From: Patescibacteria group bacterium
Lineage (GTDB): Bacteria > Patescibacteriota > JABMPQ01 > JBFLZX01
Direction: 5' to 3'
Length of the DNA: 64,000 bases
NCBI GenBank assembly: GCA_040756075.1
Contig: JBFLZX010000001.1
Span: 28,787-92,786, forward strand
Below the pieces are notes generated by a model. The model had not been told where the DNA came from. It searched no databases and saw only the letters and a list, made by a program, of their open reading frames with translations. Positions 19,321 to 28,060 of the stretch are shown in pieces. Position numbers and translations under genes: made by a program. The first letter of the stretch is position 1. Every line of letters starts with the position of its first letter.

Positions 19321-20421
19321 ATGATGAATAAGAAAAATAGAATTCAAATTAATTTTGATCATTTATTATACTTAAGGGGTATTAATGAGGGTTCGTTAAA
19401 TCCTTTAAAAGGGTTTTGTAATAGGTTGGATTACGAATCTATTCTTAAGACGATGCGTTTTAAAAATGGTTATCCTTGGCCTATCCCAATAACTTTAGAA
19501 ATAGACGAGGAACAAGCAAAATCTATCAAGAAATTTAATGAAGCAGAATTAATTCAGGAAGATGGGATTAATTGCGCTATTTTAATGATAACAGATATAT
19601 TTAAGATTGATTTACAAAGATATATCAAAGAAATATTTAAAACAGATTCATTGAATCATCCAGGAGTAAAGAAAGAGATAAAAAAACCCCTATGGAGAAT
19701 AGCAGGAGACATTAGATTTAAACGCTCATTTAAACCCATAAGCAGTAAATATTATCAGAAGCCCGATGAGGTCATAAAAGAAATAAAGAAGAGGGGATGG
19801 AATACTGTTGCAGGATTTCAAACAAGGAATCCAATTCATCGAGCACATGAGCATCTTCAGCGTATCGCAATGGAGGTATGTGATGGTTTGCTAATTCAAC
19901 CGCTTATAGGGGCTAGAAAAAATGATGATTTTTCTTTTCCGGCTATCTTGGAATCATATAATATCATGATAAACCATTTTTATCCTAGAGATAAAGTGAT
20001 TTTTACCTCCTTAGAGCTGCCTATGCATTACGCAGGTCCACGGGAAGCCATTTTACATGCTTTAATCAGAAAAAATTATGGCTGTACGCATTTTATAGTA
20101 GGAAGGGATCATGCTGGGGTTGGTAATTTTTATGGTAGATACGAAGCGCAAGAAATTGCAAATAGCTTTAAAGACTTAGGTATAGAAATACTTAGATTAA
20201 AAAGCCCTTTTTTCTGTAAAAAATGTGCCAAGGTAGTATCTGAAAATACATGCACACATTATTATTCAGATAAAGATTCTGTTTGCGAAATAAACGGTTC
20301 AAATATACGAAATATGATAAATAATAATAAAATCCCACCTAAATTTATAATGAGGAAAGAAATAAGTAAAATGCTTTTTGAGTATAAGCAAAAAAAAATG
20401 TTATTAAATGAATGGAGATGA
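19321..20421 (+). CDS. sat: Sulfate adenylyltransferase (ATP sulfurylase, Sat type)
   Basis: PLKGF, WPIPITL, HPGV, GFQTRNPIHRAHE, MHYAGPREAILHA, RKNYGCTHFIVGRDHAGVG. Confidence 0.93.
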   Translation: MMNKKNRIQINFDHLLYLRGINEGSLNPLKGFCNRLDYESILKTMRFKNGYPWPIPITLEIDEEQAKSIKKFNEAELIQEDGINCAILMITDIFKIDLQRYIKEIFKTDSLNHPGVKKEIKKPLWRIAGDIRFKRSFKPISSKYYQKPDEVIKEIKKRGWNTVAGFQTRNPIHRAHEHLQRIAMEVCDGLLIQPLIGARKNDDFSFPAILESYNIMINHFYPRDKVIFTSLELPMHYAGPREAILHALIRKNYGCTHFIVGRDHAGVGNFYGRYEAQEIANSFKDLGIEILRLKSPFFCKKCAKVVSENTCTHYYSDKDSVCEINGSNIRNMINNNKIPPKFIMRKEISKMLFEYKQKKMLLNEWR

Positions 20422-20422
20422 T

Positions 20423-21385
20423 ATGTTTAAGATTATTGTAACCTTAGGCCCCTCAATATTGAAAGGGGATACATTAAAAATGCTTCCAAGAGAGCATCCT
20501 TATATATTTAGACTTAATGGTTCGCATATATCATATAATTATGCCAGAGATTTGGTTAAAAAAATACGTAAAGCAGTAAAAGAAGCGGTTATTTTACTTG
20601 ATTTGCCGGGTAATAAGGTAAGAACAACCAACTTGGAGAGGCCTATTAATCTTATGGTTGGTAAAAAATTTTGCTTAACCGACGATATGATAAATCATAA
20701 GATATTTTTTGATAGGGTTAAAGTTGGAGATGTTATTAGGGCCCATGATAGTTTATTAAAATTTGAGGTTATTAATAAGAAGAAGAAGTCCGTAAGTTTT
20801 ATATCCCATTCAAACGGGATTCTTAATAAAAATAAAGGTCTTCATCTTTGCGGATTAACCGATGGTATAGATTTTTTAACAGAACAAGATAAGGTTCTTT
20901 TAGAGATAGCAAAGAATCTTAGGATAGATTGTGTTGGAGTTTCGTATGTTAGGGATAAGCAAGATATTCTTCTTATTAGGGATTATATGCGTAAGAAAGA
21001 TTTTATTCCTGATATTTTTGTTAAGATCGAGACAAAAAGAGCTATAGAAAATCTTAATTCTATTTTTAGCGAAGCGAATAATTTTATTCTTGATAGAGGG
21101 GATCTTTCAAGTGAAGTAGGTATTGAGAATATTTCATTGTTTCAACGTAAGATAATCGTTGAGGCGAAGAAAAAGAATCGTAATCTTTTTCTGGCAACAC
21201 AGTTTTTAAAAAGCATGATTCATAATCCATTGCCATTTATAGCAGAAGTAAATGATTTGCATAATGTGCTTGCAGATGGAATATCTGGATTGCAGCTTTC
21301 TGATGAGACTGCGATAGGAAAATATCCCCTAGAAGCGATTAATACAATAATAGCCATAAGAAAGAATATAGAAAAGTTACTATAA
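20423..21385 (+). CDS. Pyruvate kinase-like protein (A/B domains only, no C-terminal domain)
   Basis: KIIVTLGPS, RLNGSH, LLDLPGNKVRT, VKIET, DRGDLSSE, ATQFLKSM, AEVND, LSDETAIGKYP. Only ~320 aa. Alternative start at 20408. Confidence 0.82.
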   Translation: MFKIIVTLGPSILKGDTLKMLPREHPYIFRLNGSHISYNYARDLVKKIRKAVKEAVILLDLPGNKVRTTNLERPINLMVGKKFCLTDDMINHKIFFDRVKVGDVIRAHDSLLKFEVINKKKKSVSFISHSNGILNKNKGLHLCGLTDGIDFLTEQDKVLLEIAKNLRIDCVGVSYVRDKQDILLIRDYMRKKDFIPDIFVKIETKRAIENLNSIFSEANNFILDRGDLSSEVGIENISLFQRKIIVEAKKKNRNLFLATQFLKSMIHNPLPFIAEVNDLHNVLADGISGLQLSDETAIGKYPLEAINTIIAIRKNIEKLL

Positions 21386-21401
21386 AAAATAAGGAGTAAA
21401 T

Positions 21402-21632
21402 ATGGAAATCAAAGAAGGCGGAGTTTATACTTTACAAGAAGTCCAAAAGTTATTAAAGGTAAGCCCAAGTACATCGTTAAGGCTTGTTAAAAATGGTTTT
21501 ATTCATGCGGCCAAGGTAGGAAAGCAATATCGTATTCTCGGAAAAGAACTTTTACGTCTTTTATCTCCACAGCTTGAAGATAAAGTTGGTAAACTTTACA
21601 ATAAAGGCAGGGCTTGGTTGTACGAGGATTAA
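21402..21632 (+). CDS. Small Xis/MerR-like (HTH_17, BldC/excisionase-type) DNA-binding protein
   Basis: VYTLQEVQKLLKVSPSTSLRLVKNGFIHAAKVGKQYRI pattern; RBS AAGGAG just upstream. Confidence 0.85.
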   Translation: MEIKEGGVYTLQEVQKLLKVSPSTSLRLVKNGFIHAAKVGKQYRILGKELLRLLSPQLEDKVGKLYNKGRAWLYED

Positions 21633-21648
21633 AAAAAAGGAGATATTG

Positions 21649-23055
21649 ATGAAGAGCAGAATAAAATCTTTAATTATAAGTAAAAATTCTTGCATCAAAG
21701 ATGCTATAAAGGGCATAATGAAAAATGGTTATGGAGTTGTTTTTATAGTAGACGAAAACGGTCGATTTATTAGTGTTATAAACGATGGCGATATCAGAAG
21801 GGGTATTCTTAAAGGGAAGCAGTTGGCGGATAATGTTATGACGATATCTTCAGATACGCCTTTTTATGTGTTAGATAATATGTCGAAAGAAGAGATAGCG
21901 GGGTTCATCAATAAGAAAAATAATTTAAAAAATAAAATTCAATATGGGGGTACCCTTAAGGTACCAGTTTTAGATAAGAATAAGTTAATTACCAATGTTT
22001 TGTTTATTTCCATAAATGACAGCGGAGTTTGCATTATTGATCATGACTGTAGAAGCCCTAATAAAATGCGAGAAATTAAAAAAAATAAAAATATATTAGT
22101 TACCGGCGGAGCAGGCTATCTTGGTTCAATTCTATGCAAGAAACTACTAGATAATGATTATAAGGTCAAGGTATTAGATAATCTGATGTATGGTGATCAT
22201 GGGATAAGGCAATTTCTTAATAATCCTAATTTTAAGCTCATCAAGGGAGATATTAGAAATATTCAAATCGTTGTAGAATCTATAAAAGACGTTGATGCAG
22301 TTATTCATCTTGCTGCAATAGTAGGGGATCCTGCTACTACCAAATTTCCCCAAGAGTCTATCGATGTAAATTATTTAGCAACTAAAGCAATTGTTGAAGT
22401 TTGTAAATATTACCAGGTCAATAGATTTATATTTGCTTCTACTTGTAGTGTTTATGGTTATCAATCCGAAGAGGATAGCGGATTAACAATTAATTCTAAG
22501 CTGAACCCGCTTTCTTTATATGCAAAGATGAAGCTTGAGTCAGAGAAAGCCATTCTTTCATTAGCTGATGATTATTTTTCACCCTTAGTTTTAAGAATGG
22601 CAACTCTATACGGTTTATCTCCTAGGATGAGATTTGATTTAGCGGTTAATTTCCTTTCTGCCGAAGCCGTAATTAAAAAGGAAATAGTAATTTTTGGCGG
22701 CAGTCAATGGAGGCCATTCCTGCATGTAGAGGATGCCGCAAATGCTTATGTTAAATGCCTCGAATTACCTTTTAGGAAAGTACGGAAAAAAATATTAAAT
22801 TTAGGCCAAAATAATCAAAATTATCAGATGCTTCGCGTAGGAAGAATGATAAAGAAGCTAATCCCGGGAACGAAATTAGGGATATCTAAAAAAGAAGTTG
22901 ATTCGAGAAATTATAAAGTATTATTTGATGATACCGTAAAGAACATAGATTTTCATGCCGATTATAAAGTATCAGACGGAATTGCAGAAATTAGAGATCG
23001 CATCTTAGAGGGAGATTTTATTGATTATAGAGATAAAAAATATAGGAATGTTTGA
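21649..23055 (+). CDS. Fusion: CBS-domain pair + NAD-dependent sugar epimerase/dehydratase (extended SDR)
   Basis: N-terminal IKDAI...VFIVDENGRFISVINDGDIRRGIL (CBS), then ILVTGGAGYLGS, ASTCSVYG, YAKMK, RMRFDL, GGSQWRPFLHV. Start set at ATG 21649 after AAGGAG (track gives 21574). Confidence 0.85.
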   Translation: MKSRIKSLIISKNSCIKDAIKGIMKNGYGVVFIVDENGRFISVINDGDIRRGILKGKQLADNVMTISSDTPFYVLDNMSKEEIAGFINKKNNLKNKIQYGGTLKVPVLDKNKLITNVLFISINDSGVCIIDHDCRSPNKMREIKKNKNILVTGGAGYLGSILCKKLLDNDYKVKVLDNLMYGDHGIRQFLNNPNFKLIKGDIRNIQIVVESIKDVDAVIHLAAIVGDPATTKFPQESIDVNYLATKAIVEVCKYYQVNRFIFASTCSVYGYQSEEDSGLTINSKLNPLSLYAKMKLESEKAILSLADDYFSPLVLRMATLYGLSPRMRFDLAVNFLSAEAVIKKEIVIFGGSQWRPFLHVEDAANAYVKCLELPFRKVRKKILNLGQNNQNYQMLRVGRMIKKLIPGTKLGISKKEVDSRNYKVLFDDTVKNIDFHADYKVSDGIAEIRDRILEGDFIDYRDKKYRNV

Positions 23056-23075
23056 ATTATAAGACATAGAAAGGA

Positions 23076-23531
23076 GTGATTATGCCTAAGATAACTAAGC
23101 CACAATTATTGAATATAGAATTTCATTGTGATGATAGGGGCTATCTAGTTCCTTTAACAAATAATTTGGATAGAACATTGCAAAAAAAGATAAAAAGAAC
23201 TTATGTAGTAGGAAACTTTAGTAAAGGAGTAATCAGGGGATTACATTTCCATAAAAAAGAAATTAAAATATTTTATATTGCCCGAGGTGCCGCAAAATTC
23301 GTAGCTATCAATCCTAAATTACCTAAAAAGGATTTTTATGCACATGTTCTTTCAGACAAAAAATCTGCTTTATTTATAATTCCTCCCGGATATGCTAACG
23401 GCTGGGTTTCTTTATCTGATAACACAATATTAATTTCTTTATCTACATCTACATTTCAGGAAAGTGTAAAAGATGACATAAGATTTTCTCCTTACGAATG
23501 GGGAGATATTTGGAATATAAGAGCCAGGTAA
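23076..23531 (+). CDS. RmlC/FdtA-like cupin (NDP-sugar 3,5-epimerase or 3,4-ketoisomerase)
   Basis: DDRGYL, GVIRGLHFH, IIPPGYANGW, DDIRF. Confidence 0.8.
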   Translation: MIMPKITKPQLLNIEFHCDDRGYLVPLTNNLDRTLQKKIKRTYVVGNFSKGVIRGLHFHKKEIKIFYIARGAAKFVAINPKLPKKDFYAHVLSDKKSALFIIPPGYANGWVSLSDNTILISLSTSTFQESVKDDIRFSPYEWGDIWNIRAR

Positions 23532-23534
23532 TAT

Positions 23535-24719
23535 ATGATAAATAAGAGAATAATTCCTTATGGAAAACAGTGGTTATTTAAAGAAGACATTAATTCAGTT
23601 GCTAATGTTTTAAGGTCCGATTGGATTACTCAGGGGCCTAAAATTAAAGCCTTTGAAGATGCAATTTGTAACTATTGTGGTTGTAAATATGCAGTAGTGG
23701 TTTCTTCCGGAACAGCCGCATTGCATATTGCCTGTTTGGCAGCAGGGCTTAAAAAAGGAGATCAGGCTATCACAACTCCGTTAACTTTTTTGGCTACAGC
23801 AAATTCTGTATTATACAGCGGGGCAGAAGTAATTTTTGCAGATATAGATTATGCTACCGGTAATATTGATACGAGACAGATTGAGAAAAAAATAACAAGA
23901 AAAACTAAAGTATTGTTGCCGGTAGATTTTGCAGGACTGCCTTGTGACTTATCAGAAATAAAAAAAATTGCAAAACGATATAAACTTTTGGTGATAGAAG
24001 ATTCTTGTCATGCTTTAGGCGCAACCTATAAAAATTCAAAGATAGGCGATTGTAATTATTCCGATATGACAATATTTAGTTTTCATCCTGTAAAACATAT
24101 TACAACAGGAGAAGGCGGGGCCATCACAACAAATTCTAAGAAGTTATATAATAGGCTTATTGCGCTAAGGAACCATGGGATGTGTAAGAAAGCGCAAACA
24201 TTAAAGAAAGAGGGTTCTTGGTATTACGAGATGAACTATCTTGGTTTTAATTATAGAATTACCGATTTACAATCTGTTTTAGGATTAAGTCAAATTAATA
24301 AATTACCTTTATTCATAAAGCGTAGAAATTTGATTGCCAATAGATATGACCAAGCATTCTTTTGTTTTAGAGATCTTCTAACTTTACCATCGATAAATTA
24401 TGGAGATAGAACACATGCTTGGCATTTGTATACGCTTAGATTAAACATGGCTAAAAAATATATTTCGCGTAGACAATTATTTGAATTGTTGCATAAAGAA
24501 GGAGTAAGAGTGCAAGTTCATTATATACCTATAACGCGGCAACCTTATTACCGAGAAAAAGGTTTTAAGAGCTCACTCTTTCCAAATGCTGAAAAATATT
24601 ATGAGAATGTTATTTCATTGCCAATCTATCCTAAAATGGACAATTCGGATATTGATTATGTTATAGGCGTTGTAAGCAAGATAATAGATAAATATTGTAG
24701 ACAAGGAGGCAGTAAGTGA
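23535..24719 (+). CDS. pseC: PseC-like UDP-4-amino-4,6-dideoxy-HexNAc transaminase
   Basis: IPYGKQW, SDWITQGPK, SSGTAALH, TPLTFLATAN, EDSCHALGA, FSFHPVKHITTGEGG, WYYEMNYLGFNYRITD, QVHYIP. Confidence 0.85.
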   Translation: MINKRIIPYGKQWLFKEDINSVANVLRSDWITQGPKIKAFEDAICNYCGCKYAVVVSSGTAALHIACLAAGLKKGDQAITTPLTFLATANSVLYSGAEVIFADIDYATGNIDTRQIEKKITRKTKVLLPVDFAGLPCDLSEIKKIAKRYKLLVIEDSCHALGATYKNSKIGDCNYSDMTIFSFHPVKHITTGEGGAITTNSKKLYNRLIALRNHGMCKKAQTLKKEGSWYYEMNYLGFNYRITDLQSVLGLSQINKLPLFIKRRNLIANRYDQAFFCFRDLLTLPSINYGDRTHAWHLYTLRLNMAKKYISRRQLFELLHKEGVRVQVHYIPITRQPYYREKGFKSSLFPNAEKYYENVISLPIYPKMDNSDIDYVIGVVSKIIDKYCRQGGSK

Positions 24720-26185
24720 GGGTACTTTTAGCCTATCTTAGTGATACTGGCATAGGAGAAATACCCATAGGTTTATCTATAATTCAGGCTTGCTTGAGAC
24801 AGGCAGGGCATAGTACGTGCATCTTTGATACCACCTTTTTTAAACAAACTGATATAAGGAGTATTAATGAGAACTTGGGTGTGCATAAACCTGTTAACTT
24901 AGAAGATTATGGGGTAAGCCTTACTTATAGCGACATCGATGATGAGTTTTTATCTGTAGTAAAAAATTTTAATCCGGATCTTATAGGCTTTTTTACTACT
25001 AGTTACAATTTTTTTCAAGTATTAAATATGATTAAGTTGATTCGTCGGAATAATATAAATACTCAAGTAATACTAGGGGGTCCTCATACGACAGTTGCAC
25101 CCGAAGAGAGTATTAATTATCCGGAAATTGATATGCTTTGCGTGGGAGAAGGAGAAGAGGCAATTATCGAATTATGCAAGAAGATGCAAGTATCAAATAG
25201 GATCGATAATATAGAAAATATTTGGATTAAGCATGACGGCAGGGTCTACAGAAATCAACCAAGGCCTTTTATATGCATGGATAAGGTTCCCTGTCCTGAT
25301 GCAGATAGTTTTTCCGATATGCATTTTTTTAAACCTTTTTCAGGTAAAGTATATCGTATGGGGCATATAGAAATAAGCAGAGGTTGTCCTTTTAGTTGCA
25401 CATATTGCATTAATGCATATATGCGTAACTTGTATAAGGCTAAAAATGAAGGTAATTATCATCGTGAAAAGAGCATAGATAAAGCTATATCGGACATAAA
25501 AATATTGGTTAAGAGGCACAATCTTGAAATGTTGCGTTTCTGGGATGAAACTTTTTTATTTATGAAGGAGTCTAGATTGAATGAATTTAGTAAGAGATAT
25601 AAAAAAGATATTAATCTCCCTTTTATAATTTCAACACACCCGGCTACTATTAATGAGAAAAGAATAGGGATTATGAAGGATATGGGTTGTGTTGCTATTA
25701 GCGTTGGAATAGAGAGCGGAAACGACCGTATCCGTAGGGCGCTTTTAGGTCGTAAAATTAGCAACGAACAAATAATTAGAGCTTTTGATATTATTAAGTC
25801 ATCTGGAATAAGGGTTACTTCGTATAACATGATTGGCTTACCGTTTGAAACACGTAAAAATATCTTTGAGACCATAGACTTAAATCGAAGAGTTAAGGTG
25901 GATACAGCTGGCCCAAGTTTTTTTTATCCTTATCCGGGGACTAAATTAAGAGAAGTTTGTTTAGAGAGTAATTTTATAGATTCAGAGCTTAAACCAGCAG
26001 AGAATAATGTTGACACCATACTCAATATGCCACAAATTAAGCATAAGGAATTAAAAGGACTGCATAAGACTTTTACTCTTTATATAAAATCACCTAAATG
26101 GTTATTTCCTCTGATTAAGCTTTGCGAGTTAGATAACTATATATCTAATAGAATATTCAAGTTTTTAATCAGAAGATATTGCTAA
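24716..26185 (+). CDS. Cobalamin-binding radical SAM protein
   Basis: PIGLSII, FDTT, GGPHTT, VGEGE, SRGCPFSCTYC, DETF, GIESG, NMIGLPFET, PYPGT; GTG start. Confidence 0.9.
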   Translation: MRVLLAYLSDTGIGEIPIGLSIIQACLRQAGHSTCIFDTTFFKQTDIRSINENLGVHKPVNLEDYGVSLTYSDIDDEFLSVVKNFNPDLIGFFTTSYNFFQVLNMIKLIRRNNINTQVILGGPHTTVAPEESINYPEIDMLCVGEGEEAIIELCKKMQVSNRIDNIENIWIKHDGRVYRNQPRPFICMDKVPCPDADSFSDMHFFKPFSGKVYRMGHIEISRGCPFSCTYCINAYMRNLYKAKNEGNYHREKSIDKAISDIKILVKRHNLEMLRFWDETFLFMKESRLNEFSKRYKKDINLPFIISTHPATINEKRIGIMKDMGCVAISVGIESGNDRIRRALLGRKISNEQIIRAFDIIKSSGIRVTSYNMIGLPFETRKNIFETIDLNRRVKVDTAGPSFFYPYPGTKLREVCLESNFIDSELKPAENNVDTILNMPQIKHKELKGLHKTFTLYIKSPKWLFPLIKLCELDNYISNRIFKFLIRRYC

Positions 26186-26201
26186 GAAGGGCGGGCATAA
26201 G

Positions 26202-27269
26202 ATGTTTAAATTTAACAAAACAGTAGAAATTGATGGCGTGAAAATTGGTAGCGGACAACCTTGTTACATAGTAGCTGATGTTAGCGCTAATCACAATTCA
26301 GATTTTAAAACTGCAAAAAGATTTATAAGGTTAGCCAAAGACATAGGTCTAAATGCAATTAAATTTCAAACATACACAGTTGAAAAGTATCTTTCAAAAA
26401 AAATTAAGCGGGAAGACGGATATCATTTTAATAAATCTTTTCAAAAAGCAAAGAAATATGAATTACCTTATGAATGGCATCAAGAATTATTTGATTATGC
26501 TAAGGATTTAGGGGTTACAATTTTTTCTACTATTGATGATATCGATACCATTGATTTTTTAAATAAATTAAATACGCCAGCCTTTAAGGTGTCTTCTCCC
26601 GATTTAAATTTTTTACCAATGATAGAAGAGGCTGCCAAGACTCTTAAGCCACTTATTTTATCAACAGGCATAGGAGATATATCTAGAATTAAAGAGGCAA
26701 TTGAATCGGTAGCTTCCTACGGGAATGATCAGTTGATACTATTGCATTGTGTTTCTATGTACCCCTCGCATTTTTCGGAAATGAATATTCGCTGCATAAC
26801 TAACTTACAGGATACTTTTGGTCTACCTGTAGGGTTATCTGACCATACAGCGGCCAGCCAAGATCCTTATTCTGTAGCTTTGGGAGCTGTGGCTTTGGGT
26901 GCAAATATGATAGAAAAACATATTACATTTAGCAGATCCCAAGATGGCCCGGATCACATATTTTCTATGGAACCCGATGAATTTTCCAAATTAGTTACTT
27001 ATATAAGGAATCTTGAAGAATCGTTGGGTAATGGAAGGAAGTGTCCTGTCTCCAGAGAAATTAAAGTGAGCATAGAGATAACAAAGAGTATCCATACAAC
27101 AAGAGATATAAGAGCTGGAGAAATAATCAAGGAGTCAGATCTGAGAATATTAAGACCAGGTTACGGAATTGAACCTAAATATCTAGGAGATGTTATAGGT
27201 ATGAAAGCAAAAGTTGATATAAAAGATTCAGAGGCGCTAGAGTGGAATTTATTAGAGAAAAATAAATAA
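26202..27269 (+). CDS. neuB: Nonulosonic acid synthase (NeuB/PseI family) with C-terminal SAF domain
   Basis: YIVADVSANHN, AIKFQTY, LLHCVSMYP, GLSDHT, IEKHITFSR, GPDH, RPGYGIEP. Family clear; exact product (Pse or other) not determinable. Confidence 0.85.
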   Translation: MFKFNKTVEIDGVKIGSGQPCYIVADVSANHNSDFKTAKRFIRLAKDIGLNAIKFQTYTVEKYLSKKIKREDGYHFNKSFQKAKKYELPYEWHQELFDYAKDLGVTIFSTIDDIDTIDFLNKLNTPAFKVSSPDLNFLPMIEEAAKTLKPLILSTGIGDISRIKEAIESVASYGNDQLILLHCVSMYPSHFSEMNIRCITNLQDTFGLPVGLSDHTAASQDPYSVALGAVALGANMIEKHITFSRSQDGPDHIFSMEPDEFSKLVTYIRNLEESLGNGRKCPVSREIKVSIEITKSIHTTRDIRAGEIIKESDLRILRPGYGIEPKYLGDVIGMKAKVDIKDSEALEWNLLEKNK

Positions 27270-28060
27270 TGAATATTAAAGTAAATAGAATAGGCTGTAT
27301 TATTCAAGCACGAATGAATTCACATAGGCTTTTTGGTAAGGTATTGGTAAAAATTTGCGGGAAATCTATATTAGAGCACATTATTGAACGAATAAAAGAA
27401 TCGAAATATATTCAAGAAATTATTATTGCAACTTCTTCTTCTGGTATAAATGACCCAATAAGAGACCTCGGCAATAAAATTAATATACCTGTTTTTAGCG
27501 GCAGCGAGGACGATGTATTAAGTAGATATATAGAGGTTAGTAAAACATATAATTTTAGAATTATAGTTCGGGTTACAGCGGATGATCCGCTTATTGACAT
27601 ACAAGAAGCGGATAAGATGATAAAAATACTTGAAGAAAAAAAGCTAGACTATGTAACAAATTCAGATATCAGCTTGGATGATTATAATACAGAACTTCCA
27701 GCCGGGTTCCAGGTGGAAGTTTTATCCAGCGATGCTCTATTAAGCTTGGAAGATAAAGATCTGACACAATTGCACAGAGAACATGTAACTCTTTATATCG
27801 AGCAATACGCAGAGAAATATAATATTAGATTTATTAAACCGCGAGAGAACATACGTTACAAGGGATTACGTTTAACAGTAGATACGCCAGAAGATCTAGG
27901 ATTAATGAATAAGATATACCTTGAGTTATATAAAGGTAGGCCTATTCTTAATGAAAAAGTTGTAGAGTTAATTAAAAAGAATCCTAGCTTATCTTTATTA
28001 AACAGTTCTATAAAAACAAATTACAGTTATTTAGACGGAATAAGGGTTAAAAAATTATGA
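27269..28060 (+). CDS. SpsF/PseF-type nonulosonate cytidylyltransferase
   Basis: IIQARMNSHRLFGKVL, GSEDDVLSRY, RVTADDPLID, HREHVT, RLTVDTPEDL. Confidence 0.88.
   Translation: MNIKVNRIGCIIQARMNSHRLFGKVLVKICGKSILEHIIERIKESKYIQEIIIATSSSGINDPIRDLGNKINIPVFSGSEDDVLSRYIEVSKTYNFRIIVRVTADDPLIDIQEADKMIKILEEKKLDYVTNSDISLDDYNTELPAGFQVEVLSSDALLSLEDKDLTQLHREHVTLYIEQYAEKYNIRFIKPRENIRYKGLRLTVDTPEDLGLMNKIYLELYKGRPILNEKVVELIKKNPSLSLLNSSIKTNYSYLDGIRVKKL

Noticed and set aside
17165-21385. Assimilatory sulfate reduction operon, or a Campylobacter-type phosphoramidate pathway (which also uses a CysC-like kinase)
   Set aside because: No PAPS/APS reductase or sulfite reductase is present, nor a glutamine kinase, amidotransferase or matching nucleotidyltransferase. 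The intact sat favours PAPS synthesis for sulfation.
21402-21632. Excisionase as evidence of a prophage or ICE
   Set aside because: No integrase, att repeats, tRNA or phage genes are present, and the gene is co-oriented within the biosynthetic operon.
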